Assembly (NCBI GenBank): GCA_965603825.1
Contig: CBFDEM010000010.1
Span: forward strand, 496,001 to 560,000
Length of the DNA stretch: 64,000 bases
Direction of reading: 5' to 3'
DNA from: Blepharisma stoltei ATCC 30299
Lineage: Eukaryota; Protista; Ciliophora
Shown: positions 37,124 to 49,774 of the stretch, one piece after another
Numbering within the stretch: position 1 is the stretch's first letter
How the letters are laid out: each line of letters begins with the position of its first letter
The notes under the pieces: generated by a model
Told to the model about the DNA's origin: nothing
Database searches by the model: none
The model's input: only the letters and a program-made list of their open reading frames with translations
Position numbers and translations under genes: made by a program

Positions 37124-38526
37124 ATGGAGCTTATGCATTGCTTCGAGCCAGGGTGCAAGAATGAGGCTGAATACTCGTGCCCATGCACCTCTCCTGAAAC
37201 TCTATTCTGTGAACTGCATCGGTTAAAGCATATGAAAATCCCTAACAGAGCTCATGCTTGCAACTCGATTTTTGTAGAGCCATGCCAAGGGACAAAAGAA
37301 GAAATTCTTAAGTTTCTTACAAGAGAAAACTCAAAAAATAGCAAGCTAAGGGGAAAGATCCTAGCATCCTTTAGCAAGCGCTTACTTGAATCAGAAAATG
37401 ATATTGAAGAACTCTTAAAAAATCTTGGATTCAGGCTCAGCTGAAATAAGCAATTATTTTACAAAAATTTCTCAAGCTCAAAAATTATTAAAATCAGAGC
37501 AAGACCCGATTTTAGGACTATTGAGTTTACAACCTGATGAAGCTATTGAGAAACTAAAAAAGATTATTCCAGCCAATCAAGAATGGTCCAAAAGTGCAAA
37601 GCTATTTTGTGTGCTCAGTGAAAAAATTGAAAAAATGATTGAGTGTTTTATTGGGGATAAATTTGAAGCTTATTTAGATAAAAGACTGTCTAATATAGAA
37701 AACAGTCTTCAAGAGCACATTAAATCAGCCAATGAAGAGCATAAAAATATCATTGATTCAACGAATGATCAGCTAGCAAACATCAAAGACTCTATTTCTA
37801 AGCTGATAAATGAGAATAAAAAAACGAGAGAGACCTCAAAGACTGGAAAGAAGAAATAATGCTATAAAACAAAAAACGAAATAGACCTGCTAGATTCTCA
37901 AATCAATTACACTAAATCAAGATCTCTATCAAAAATTAATTGAAGTTTCAGATAAAACCTCAAATGCTTCAAGAGCTAAGAGAGAAGAGATCTGAAATTT
38001 TAAATAGACCAAATGACCCAGAATTAGAGCAAGACTTTAGGAGAACCTGCTCAAGCTACAGTAGCAGATGTCTGTGCTTGATGATCCAACTCTTCAGCAA
38101 GCTTATCAAGATTATACTAATGCTTATCGCCAAAAAACATCTCTTTATACAATTATAAAGGATTAATGACAGAACTAATTTGATTATTTACGATACAGAA
38201 AATGATAGTAAAGAAGTCAGGATAGTAGAGACTCCTAAAGCACTAAATTCTAGCACTTGTATTGCTCAGCTTCCTAATGGTAATTTATTTTGCTTTGGTA
38301 ATAGACCCATTTCTGGGATTTCATTGTAATTGAATGTGAAAATGGATCAATCTATGAAAGCGAATTGTCAAATGACACTGCCTGGAGATGAATTGGAGAC
38401 TCAATAATAAATGATGATTTTGCTCAAGTTTATTTGTCATATAATAAAGGATGAATAAACATTGCACTTGATGCTAGTTACTTCAAGTTTAATTTAGAGG
38501 CAAAAATATTAATCGAGCTGAATTAA
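37124..38526 (+). pseudogene. MELMH-family gene, copy 3; frameshifts and ~355 bp internal deletion
   Basis: Alignment to copy 2; deletion junction at TAATTGA 38327-38333. Confidence 0.82.
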
Positions 38527-38626
38527 AATAATTTCCTAATAAATAGGTCTCATTTAATAATCTTTTTAAAATTTTTTATTATTTAATCTATTATGCAAGT
38601 TGACACGTGCTGCCATTTTAATGTAT

Positions 38627-41001
38627 TCTTAAAGGGGGAGAGTTTTAATTCTAATAAACGAAATCAACAGTTATTTTTATTACTGCTTATTAGGATAAGT
38701 ACTTAAATTTCTAAGATCTCAGCATTATTTATTTTATGCTCACAATTGTACACAAATGTAGGAGGATCTTACATGTATTTATTAATTAATTTTGCTAGCC
38801 ATTACTCTCAAATATTATTATAAACTCGCTATAATTCATTAATGATATATTCAAAAATTATGAGGTGTGTCTAAAAAGTAATATATTAAACGTCTTTGCA
38901 TGCCCAATAAAATATTTTATATTTAAATAATAAAATTTAAGTCAAGAAAACTAGGCTTAGTATTTTAAAATAATTAATTTAGCCATTATATCAAAATGAA
39001 TGGTGGTCCATTAGTGATTTTTCAAAGATTTTTGCCTCTTTCAGCTTCTTTTCTTTTAAATCAAATGAATAAGCACATTGATAAGTTGCAATGTAAATTA
39101 TTTCTTTATAGCAAATGGGGTATCCACAAACAACTGCATAATCTTTAATTAATGAGCATTCTCCAATATTATTTCAAGTCATTAAATCATCGTCACTCTC
39201 ATATATAAATTTGGAAAATTCAAATAAAAATACCTTTTCACCTACAGCAAAAAATTGTTTATGAACTTTAGGTGATAACTTTATTGGTAAAATTTCTGAA
39301 TAAGAGTCTGTAATAGTATCATAAAAGATAGGATTCTCACTAGAAGATGCTATTAAAATTTTGGTTTTGAATAAAGTGCAAAAGGCTCGATTCTCAATAG
39401 AAAAAGAATATTTGCTAAGTGAAAACCATCTATTTTTATCCATGTCGAATTTTACTGCAACTTCATGAGATCCTCCAAAAATATATATTTTTCCATCAAA
39501 ATAAATTGCTCCTGCATGGTAGCATATAGCATAAGGTGTAATATTTCTTGAATTTCCCAATGGGTCAATAATTATTCAAGTATCATTTCAAGCATAAAAC
39601 AAGCTACCATGTGGAATTAAGCATCCAAATCCATCACAGTTAAGCTCTTTATTGTAATTATAACTAAATTTCTTTATATTTAAGGTTTCCGCATCAAAAA
39701 TAGCGAATTTGTTTGGAAATCCTCTACATACAAATTTAATTACTCGAGTAATGGGAGAATAGCGCTCACAGTAATCGAAACTGTTTTCCAATGGTTCTAA
39801 TTTAAATAATTCAGCTATTTTATGTTCCTTAATACTGTTTATCTCAAATTTTGGAGACCTGATTTTTTCAGTCACCATTTTGCAGCCAGACAGCACTGTT
39901 TCGAGAAAAGAGAGTGGCTTTGAATTATCAATTTCTCTTAAAGTGCAAATTTCTGAAATAATTTCGTTGATTTTTTGTTCATAAATTTTGAGCTTTTCCA
40001 AAGTATTTTCAGATGCTTTATGGATTTGCTGGACAAGAGAGCGTTCTTCATTGATTATTCTTATTTTGTCAGCTTTTATATCTGATTTTATTTTAGAATA
40101 TAGCTGAATAGCAGATAAATTGTTTCTTGCTTGATTTCTGAAGAATTATTTTGAGCTTTTGTCAGTTGAGAATAATCAGATATATGGTTCTTAAATAAAA
40201 GAATAGGATTTGCTTCAGACATGCCAAAAAAGATTAAATATTAACATGTCTTTGATTAAGCTTAGATGAAAATGCAGATTACTAGAAATAATAAAGTTTT
40301 ATTCTTACAATCCCCAAATGAAAACAAAATTCTTTCCTTATGAATAAATTTACTTGCAAAAGATATTTCGCTTAAATCTAGCAGAAAATTTAAAAACACT
40401 TCCTTTCAGAATTAGCACGCTATATTGCTTTCTCCTTCTGCATCACAAAAGTATTGAAACTTATATTTCGACAAAAATAGAAGAGAAAATATGTCTCACA
40501 AATAATGAACAGGCAATTTAATGATTTTAAATATAAACACTATTCTTTAAATGGCATAGGTTAGAAATTAAATTAAGCAAGAATGATGTCAATTAGTTAT
40601 TTCTAATAACTAAGATTTTAACTAAAATAATAATTTTAGTGCCAAAATTTGGTCTTCTAAAACTCGTTAGGAAATTTTTAAAGGTTTTTGATTTGTCTAC
40701 TTTATTTTCTTTTAAGTTAAATGAATAAGCAAAATGTGAAGTCTTGATAAAGCGCGGGATAGCCAAGCATAGTTTCATGATCTGATATTATTCTGCAGTG
40801 TCCAAATTTATTTCACGCTATTAAGCTATCATCACTTTTATATATAAATTGCGAAAATTCTATTAAAAATACTTTTTCGCTTTTAACGCAAAACAATTTA
40901 GATGTGTCAGAACATAGCTGTATTGATAAAGGAGTAGCACTTAAGGACGCTATTAAAATTTTGCTCTTAAATAGACAACATATGTGCGATTCCCAATAGA
41001 A
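38627..41001 (+). repeat. Block A' (copy of 25835-28263)
   Basis: Direct sequence match. Confidence 0.88.
38979..40222 (-). CDS. MSEAK-type CC-Kelch-like gene, copy 2; single 1-nt deletion near 40120 (error or pseudogene)
   Basis: 1244 nt versus 1245 nt for the intact paralogue. Confidence 0.7.
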
Positions 41002-41083
41002 TTTCTAAGCTTATAAAAATTGCACATTAGAAAATTAAGATTATGAGAAAATTAAGGGTATTTCACATAAATAAAAACTTATA

Positions 41084-41759
41084 TTATGTGCTTCTACTAA
41101 TAATTGCATTTGAAAGTCATTCTAACCCTTCATTAAGCCCATCTCCAGTAATTGCACAAGTACTTTGAATATACCAATTTTTGCCTCTAATCGGATATAG
41201 ATCTAACTTATCAATTAACTCTGAGACTCCTAACGCCCCGGGCAAATCATTTTTGTTGCTGACTCTTCACTCTTTTCTTATTGGGATTTGCAATTTATAC
41301 ATCTCCAATTTTTATGAGTTTTTCTTATAAAATTTATAGTTTTTAATAATTTTTTATTTACATTGCAATCTGGGAGGATAAGAATAAGGATGTTGAGTTT
41401 CTAAGGCTACTATTATTCGCTGCTTTATGTAGTTCGTCTTTAGCTTCTTCGATTCTTTCCATGTCACTCGAATTTAAAACAAAAATAATAGCATCGGTGT
41501 CGTCATAATAATAATAATAATGATACCACAGAACTCTGCTTTTCTCTTCTCCTCCTATATCTCACACTAAAAATTGTATATTTTTATATCTAAGATTTTC
41601 CTCATTGGGCCCATTTGTTGAGACTAATACTAAAGTTTCTCCAATCTTTAATTTATAAAAAATCGTTGTTTTCCCTGCGCCATCAAGCCCAATCATAACT
41701 ATACGTAAATCTTCGTGCCTGGTAAATCTACTCCAAAGATGCGATACTGAAGTTTCCAT
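41084..41759 (-). pseudogene. ARF: ARF paralogue (inverted copy of the 24922 gene) with a 119-bp insertion, a frameshift and loss of Gly2
   Basis: [21 protein letters not shown]-repeat expansion (HYYYYY), insertion 41261-41379 just before SNKND. Confidence 0.85.
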
Positions 41760-42159
41760 AATGAATATTATACCTTGTAAGATAATTTTCTAAAAACGCA
41801 TCATATTATAATTATCATCCTTCATATTGGGTCAATTTTTCCATTCCTTAGCATCATTAGATAATTCTTTTTCTAAAATTTTTAATAAATTCAGTAATTT
41901 TCATGCACTTTTTGCATTTAAGTATCTCATTGTTTTGACAGATATGAATTATTCCTTTTAGTTCAAGCATCAAAGTCATGCAGCCTATTGAGTTTTCACT
42001 ATTAAAATTCAATTTATTTTATTTAAAACAAATTATAACTTATATAATTTCACACAATCGCAAATATTTATTGGGCTATTTTATTAAGCAATACTTCTCA
42101 GACATTTCGCTTTAGTGTTCTCATAAAATTAAATGATCTTCATTATTTTTAATTTTTAA

Positions 42160-43845
42160 ATGGCTTCTAAAATGATCATAGATCGTCATAAAAATACAAA
42201 AGAGGCACTTCTTGAATTTCTTATTGATGAAAAATCCAGACAAGAAAAATCAAAATCAATACTACTTAAAATTTTCAAAGAAAATCAACACTCTTCTAAA
42301 AGCAGCCTTAAAGAATTATTAAATAAATTGAATTCCAACATTTTAGTGCTGGATTATTATTTTACTAAGATTTTTGAAGACCAAAAAATAGTAAAATTAG
42401 AGGATGGCTCAGAATTGAACTTTTTAAGCTTAGACCCTCAAGAAGCTACAGAGATAATGAAGACGAAGGTTCTTGCAAATTCTTATGGCGATATTGAGAT
42501 ATTTTGTGGCTTAGACGTGGAAATAGAGAAAATTATTGGGAACTTTGTAGAAAATAAACTTTTAGATTTAAAAACTTCGATAAAGGAGGAGCTTAGAAAT
42601 GATTTTGAAAATGAAAAGAAAAAAGCTGATGAAGAGATTGCCAATCTGAATAAAGAAATAGGCAAACAAACTGAGCTTATAAATGAACTATATACAAAAA
42701 TTAATAGTCTTCCTATGACTCATCAAAATAAAAAATCATATAATTGGCCATGATACTTTACAGTCAGCATTTTGCTTCTCCTTGTTTTGGTTTGCTTTAG
42801 TCCATTTAAAAATACAAATCCTACTTTAGTAGGCATAAAAACCAATTTTAGTAGTTCTTCAAGCAACTCTGGCAGCCTATCACAAGATCTAACTAGCCCT
42901 TCAGCAAAAACTGACTCTTTAAATGTTTCAGGTACTCCAGGAATTTATGATACTTCAACAAAAGCTGATTCTTCAAGTATTTCAGATCAATCAGATGGTC
43001 GCTCAAATAACCACATTGATGATCTGAGTAATGCTCCTGCAAAATCAGCTGATGACTCAGAAAATCTTCCTTATAGCTCTGTAATTGAAACTAATGAATT
43101 GATAATTTGCTCTCAAAGATCTAGACAAATATATTCAGTTGACGTAAAGACCTTTAAAGCGATTAGTTTGAGCTTAGGCCCATGCTATGGGCTATATAGC
43201 AATGTATTTATCCCTACTACTAATTCAACTTTATTTTATGGCGAGTTCATGCATAAAAATTTAGATATAAATGCATTTATTCTTGACGCAGAAAAGAAAA
43301 TAACGAAACTTATTTGGGCGCAAGAAAAATTGTTTCCTAGCTTGGCTTATTATGAAAATTATGTATATGCATTTGGTAACTCAGTATCAGCGAAATACAA
43401 CTGCTTACAAAATAAATGGGAAAATCTCGCTCATCTTGGACTTGACCTTTATGGTCGCCAAAGCTCTTCTGTTGGATTTAAAGGACATATTTTGATAGTT
43501 GAGCGCACTCTTTCATCACTTATAAGCTATGATATTGAACAAAATAGCTTTCAAAAAGTTGCAGGCTTATCTTTAGATTGGAGAGCAAATAAAATTATAT
43601 TTTCAGCAGATAATAGAGTCTATATAATTGAATTTCCTGGGCGCATTCATCAAAGTGCGATAAATGATTTTACGGAATGGGAAATCATAGCTACTAGAAC
43701 AATGGATTGCAGTGGAGAGTTATGGTCTTATGTTATAAGATTTAATGAGAAATTTTATTTCGAATGCATAAGCAGCTATAACTCAATACTTGTAGAATTT
43801 GATCTGAAGGAAAACAAGCTGAAGACAATATCTATAAATATTTAA
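42160..43845 (+). CDS. Coiled-coil-TM-Ser-rich stalk-Kelch-like propeller protein (561 aa, intact)
   Basis: TGA 42751-42753 read as W joins two track ORFs; TM WPWYFTVSILLLLVLVCFS; YYENYVYAFG, KYNCLQNKW; N-terminal region aligns with the MELMH coiled coil. Confidence 0.85.
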
Positions 43846-43899
43846 TTTATATATTCAAGTCTATACCTATCAATTGCAAATCACTATAGAATCATCTGT

Positions 43900-44247
43900 T
43901 AAAGCATCTATAATGTAGTGCTATGCCATACTTCCTTTGTATAATAATCCTTATTAATAGAAGCTTTCGAAGATTTTGCAGGCTTCAATAAGCTTTTCTT
44001 CAGCTTCTTAATCCTTAATCTTCCTAGCCATAAGGTTTAAGAATTTAGGGAAGTCAATGGTCGCATTTGCATTAGGATCAACACTGTTGACCATGTCTCG
44101 AAGTTCAGCCTTAGTTGGGCTTTTTCAAATAGATTTCATAGCAGTGCCAAGCTCTCTTCATGTGATTCCCCCATCACCGTCTCTGCCGAAAAAAGAGAAA
44201 GCTTCCTTGAATTCTACAATCTACCCTTCGGTTAGTTGTTCTTCCAT
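43900..44247 (-). pseudogene. CAM: Calmodulin pseudogene (N-terminal half)
   Basis: MEEQLTEG*IVEFKEAFSFFGRDGDGGIT...ELGT...[10 protein letters not shown]...[17 protein letters not shown]. Confidence 0.88.
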
Positions 44248-44835
44248 TTTATCATTATTATAAAAACTAATATAAAATTGTGTTAAATTTATAATTTTAG
44301 AGACAAATTAAGCAGAGTTAGGAATGATTATTGATTATTTGCATATTTTTATATATAGCTTTAATACTAAATCTTTATATTATTAATAAAATTATATTTG
44401 TCCATCAACATAAACTCTTCCTCTCCTAAACTTATCTATATAATGAGAATCTCACCATTCTAGTATATTTAAAATTATTTTTATCAAATTAATGAAGCAT
44501 AAATTTTTGAACACAAAAATTCACTTCCTCTTCGTAAAATTTGTAAAATCCCATACATGTTTAACAAAAAGCATGATTATAAAGAAAAATTTCTATTAAT
44601 CTAATTCTTCTCTCACAATTGTTACAAATATGCCATATTTCATGATGAAAATCTTTAAAATATATAACGTTAGGGATTTTGGTAATAGATAATGATCTAT
44701 TCTGAGCCATAAAAGTCCTAAAGTTTGGATCCAGCTTATGATAGCTTAAGTTTAGATATAATTATCAAATCATTAATAGTAAAATAATACTCTAAGTGAA
44801 AAATATAATGAAAAATCGAATTTTTTATATTAATT

Positions 44836-46128
44836 ATGTGCACTAGACTCTGCTCTTTCGAAAAATGCTCTAGTAATCCTGCAGTCGTATGCAATTGTGA
44901 AGCAATTCCTGTATTAATTTGCCAAGAGCACATTAAAAATCATTCCCAGCTTCAAAGATCTCATACTTATACCAAAGTTTTTTCTGAAATTCGAGAAGAA
45001 GCAAGGAAATCTGCAATTAAATTATTTTCAAAAATCAAGCCAGAACTAATAAAACTTAAATCAAATATCATACAAGAAGAGCTATCAATGATTAAAGAAA
45101 TCAACAAAATCTCCAAAAATGCTTTAGAAAAGCTAAAAACTTGTGAAGAAAACTTAAATCAAATTATATTAGAAATCAGCAGCTTAAGATTTATTGATAA
45201 CTCAAAATCATCGACTTTTGTAGAATCATTACTCAAAATGCAACAACAAGATATTGAAAAAATCAAAAAAATTAGAGGGCCTAAGCTTAGCATAAATAGC
45301 ATTGATTCTAATTTTTTTTCTAAAATTTTCAAACTTGAGACCTCATCAGAATGTTTCGATTATCGGCAAAATTGTTGTGATAATTCCAGAGTAATTAAAT
45401 TTGTATGAGGAAATTTCCAAAATATTATTGGTACTTTTGACGCCGAAACTGTAAAAGTTTATCAACATAAGCATGCATGAGATTATCATTTTGATGCATA
45501 TGGGATAAAGTGTTTGCTGCCCGATGGTAACATCTTTTATGCTAAATATAGAAATCTGATCATAATTGACTCATTCGGTAATATAAAACCAATATCTCCT
45601 TATAAAATTAAGTCAATATTCTCAGCCATTTATGTTGGTGGATGCATTTTTGCGTGCTGTTCTGGTTCTCAAAGCTGGGCAAAATACATTATTCAAAGAA
45701 ATGAATGAAACTTTTTAACTCCTCTTCCTCAGAGTCAAAGTATTTTTACTGATTGCGCTTTGTTTCAAAATTATATTTTATTCGGATCAAATAGCGAATC
45801 AAAAATTATTTACTACGATATGCTAATAGACTCTTTTTCAGAAATATCATCATTAAATTTAAAAACATTAGCAGCAAAGACTATTATTGCACAAGATCGA
45901 AGGGTATTTATCATAGAATTTTCGCAATTCATATATGAAAGCACTGATAATTTAATAACATGAAATATTATAGGAGAATGTTCCGAACTAATGCCATTTT
46001 TTCCTGTAACAAGCTATCCAATCCTTTATAAAGAAAATATATATTTTTCAAGTATATATGGGATCTATGCATTTGATATAAAAGAAAAGGTTACCAAATC
46101 TGTGGTTTATTTTGATTTTTCTAATTAA
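44836..46128 (+). CDS. MCTRL-family Zn(B-box-like)-CC-Kelch-like propeller protein, copy 1 (430 aa, intact)
   Basis: CSFEKC...CNC...CQEHIKNH...SH; open with TGA=W; CLLPDGNIFY, AIYVGGCIFA. Confidence 0.85.
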
Positions 46129-46239
46129 TTCTACTATCTTTAATTTATAAAATTATTTAATCAGCACGATAATATGATTTTTAGCTTACACTCTGCAAAT
46201 ATAATGAATGAGCCTATATTTTATTGAAATATATAGCAT

Positions 46240-46722
46240 TTTTCAGCTTCTTTTTCTTTAAATTAAATATAAAATGCCTGATAAGTTTGTATAATAAACT
46301 TTTTCTTCATATAATTCTTTGCCATTTTTGTTCTACTTCAATTAAGGAAAGATTATTTTTATTAAAGAGTCTTTAGCTTTCATATGCTATATCGAATTAT
46401 CCTTTTGGAATGCAGGAATTAAAATGACAGCGCATAATAATAAATTCGTAAACTCTTCATCTCAAAACTGAATCTCTAACATATAATTGCTCAAGGATTT
46501 TTGAGTCACCTAAATCTCCATTATTTTCATATAGATATTCTTCATTGCCAATTGCATAATGATTTTCCCTACCAATAATAAATATAATTTATATTGCGCT
46601 TCTGATGGAATTGATAAATTTGAAAAAGAGTCTATATCAATATCATAGATATACACTTTATTTGTGACAAGGCTCCATAAAAATGCGTAATTCTTAAATA
46701 AAGGGCAGACCTGTGAAGACAC
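46240..46722 (-). pseudogene. Decayed propeller fragment related to 52919-53626, with an ~125 bp insertion
   Basis: QVCPLFKNYAFLWSLVTNKVYIYDIDIDSFSN shared. Confidence 0.7.
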
Positions 46723-46836
46723 GAGTTCTAAGATATTCTGCTATAAGCTTAATTTTATGGATAATTATCAAATCATTAATAGTAAATCATCTCTAAGTGA
46801 AAAATATAATGAAAAATCGAATTTTTTATATTAATT

Positions 46837-48133
46837 ATGTGCAGTAGACTCTGCTCTTTCGAAAAATGCTCTAGTAATCCTGCAGTTGTATGCGATTGCG
46901 AAGCAATTCTGTATTAATTTGCGAAGAGCACATTAAAAATCATTCCCAGCTTCAAAGATCCCATACTTATACCAAAGTTTTTTCTGAAATTCGAGAAGAA
47001 GCAAGGGAATCTGCAATTAAATTATTTCAAAAATCAAGCCAAAACTCAGAAATCTTAGATCAATTATCATACAAGAAGAGCTATCAATGATTAAAGAAAT
47101 CAACAAAATCTCCAAAAATGCTTTAGAAAAGCTAAAAACTTGTGAAGAAAACTTAAATCAAATTATATTAGAAATCAGCAGCTTAAGATTTATTGATAAC
47201 TCAAAATCATCGACTTTTGTAGAATCATTACTCAAAATGAAACAACAAGATATTGAAAAAATCAAAAAAATTAGAGGTCCTAAGCTTAGCATAAATAGCA
47301 TTGATTCTAATTTTTTTTCTAAGATTTTCAACCTTGAGCCCTCATCAGAATGTTTCGATTATCGGCAAAATTATTATGATAATTCCAAAGTAATTAAATT
47401 TGTATGAAGAAATTGAAAAAATATTATTGGTACTTTTGATATCGAAACTTTACAAATTTATCATTATAAGCATTCATGAAATCATTATCTTGATGCATAT
47501 GGGATAAAATGTTTGCTACCTGATAGTAGCGTTTTTTGTTCTCAATATGAAAATTGCTTCATAATTGACTCATTAGGTAATATAAAATCAATATCTACTT
47601 ATAAAAATAAGTCAATATTGTCTGCCATTTATGTTGGTGGATGCATTTTTGCATGCTGCAATGGTTTTAAAAGCTGAGCGAAATACATTATTCAAAGAAA
47701 TGAATGAAGCGAATTAACTCCTCTTCCTCAAAGTCTTTTTACTGAAAGCGCTTTATTTCAAAATTATATTTTATTAGGGTCAAATAGCTCATCAAAAATT
47801 ATTTACTACGATATGCTAATAGACTGTTTTTCAGAAATATCATTAAATTTAAAACAATCAACAACAAAGACTATTGTTGTACAAGATCGAAGGATATTTA
47901 TCATAGAATTTTCTCAATATATATATGAAAGCACTGATAATTTAATAACATGGAACACTATAGGAGAATGCTCTGAACTAATAGCGCGTTTATCTAGAAC
48001 AAGCTATCCCATCTTTTATAAAGAAAAAATATATTTTTTAACTGATCATGAGATCTATGCATTTGATATAAACGAAAGGGTGACCAAATCTGTGGCTAAG
48101 ATTGATTTTTCTCATAAATTCTTATATAATTAA
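46837..48133 (+). pseudogene. MCTRL-family copy 2; frameshifts near the N-terminus
   Basis: Alignment to copy 1. Confidence 0.78.
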
Positions 48134-49740
48134 TGCATAAAATTATTTAATCAGCACGCATAATATGATTTTTAACTTACATTCTGCAAAGATAAATAGA
48201 ATTTACCTTAAAACTACCTATTTAAACGAATTTTCGCAATATTTGCAACGAAGCGAACACAGAATTCTTCACAAGGTTTATCAGTCTCGCAGTCAGGCTG
48301 CTGCGAAAGATCTAGTTTGGCATTTTCCTTGCTTTTAGGCTGCATTCTTTATTATCTAGCTTATGGATTTCTGTGCCACAGCAATGGCCGTGGGCATCTT
48401 GTGATTTCAAAAATTACTACTTTTGGCTTCAAGGTAAAAGACTGTTTTCTATCATCGATGCGTAAATTACCGGCTTCTAAGCTAATTCAATACAACATTG
48501 CCACATATCTCAACTTCCTATTACAATAATATAGCAAAAACTCTTTGGCGCTTTTTTTAAGCTTTTTCGATTTTGAATTGTCGATCTGAGCTCGCATTAG
48601 GCTTAAGGTTTGGACTGTTTCGAGTTAAATATAATTATACCTACTTTTTTAAACTTGATCTCATAAGATTTCCGTTAAATTTTCGCCCTAATAATGCCAC
48701 TCAATAGCAGAATTAGGGGAAATCAGACCTCTTGCACAAATATTTAGCCAAGAGGCTCTTGCCTTTACCAGTTTTTATTTATCTAGTTGGATTATTTCTA
48801 TCTTTTTACGGGATTTACAATAAACAAGCACACACCCAAGATTTCCTTTGGCTGGCATAAAATCTAAGACTTATATATCCCTTAAAAATATCATTGGATT
48901 ATTGTTGATTTAAATATCAAGTTTATTGCTTTTTTAAGGTTGATGTAAGATTATGTAATTCGGTTTTTAGCAGGTCGAGGCTTAAAGAAAGAGGAGTTAT
49001 CAGAAATCTTTGCAATTGAGGAAAATCCAGCAGCTGATAAATACTTAGGCACATATAAACATTGGCAAATTTATTTCGAATGAGTCAATTTTCAAGCAAT
49101 TTGTGTGGTAAAACATTTTGTTTATTTTTTATGCCGCATAAAAGAATTTTCTTGGGAATTTTCATTGATATCAGAGTAAGATAATTTGGATTTCTCATAA
49201 AAAAAATTAGTATAATTATCAGACATTTTTATCAATATTTATAAGCATTTAAACGAAAATTTAAACTGAATTAATCTTTAAAGATAATTTGTATGAAAAT
49301 CTTCTTGAAAGTAGAAAACGAAAATAGCAAACTATCACTTATACTTGAGATTCTAATCAGGGTTAAACTGCATAGCGCAGTATATTTTTTGGTTAGTATA
49401 TTGCTTGATCGTAGTGATCTCTTACGTCAAGCGATTAATATTCATTCAAAGCTATTAATAATTATTTATATTTAGACTCAAGCTATACTACCTTATATGA
49501 ACAACTTTTAATGTGCTCTCTATAGTATCAATCTTTATTGCCCTGTTGATATTTTTCCAATTCTTAACATACGGCAAATGAATATAGCATTTCAAGTCCA
49601 AGGACTGCTTTTAGCTGCTTCAAAGGCAAAATTTTATCAATCCCGAATAATTCATCTTATAATTTTACTATTTGTTATATTTTGCAATTAAATAATTAAA
49701 TCTATATTTAATTTAGTCATTATTCTAATGAGCATGATAA
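48130..49740 (+). repeat. Diverged duplicated downstream segment (partner ~51065-52895)
   Basis: Shared runs such as gcagtcaggctgctg-gaaagatctag, aggttgatg-aagattatgtaattcg, ggcaaaattttatcaatcccga. Confidence 0.75.
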
Positions 49741-49774
49741 TTCTATAATGAAACATCGAATTTTTATATTAATT

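Larger units (their letters stand above)
36497..38590 (+). repeat. Block B' (copy of 28352-30763)
   Basis: Direct sequence match. Confidence 0.88.

Noticed and set aside
43954-44247. TAG at a Gln position in calmodulin suggesting a TAR=Gln code
   Set aside because: The copy is truncated and degenerate; a CAG>TAG mutation suffices, and intact genes here use TAA/TAG as stops.
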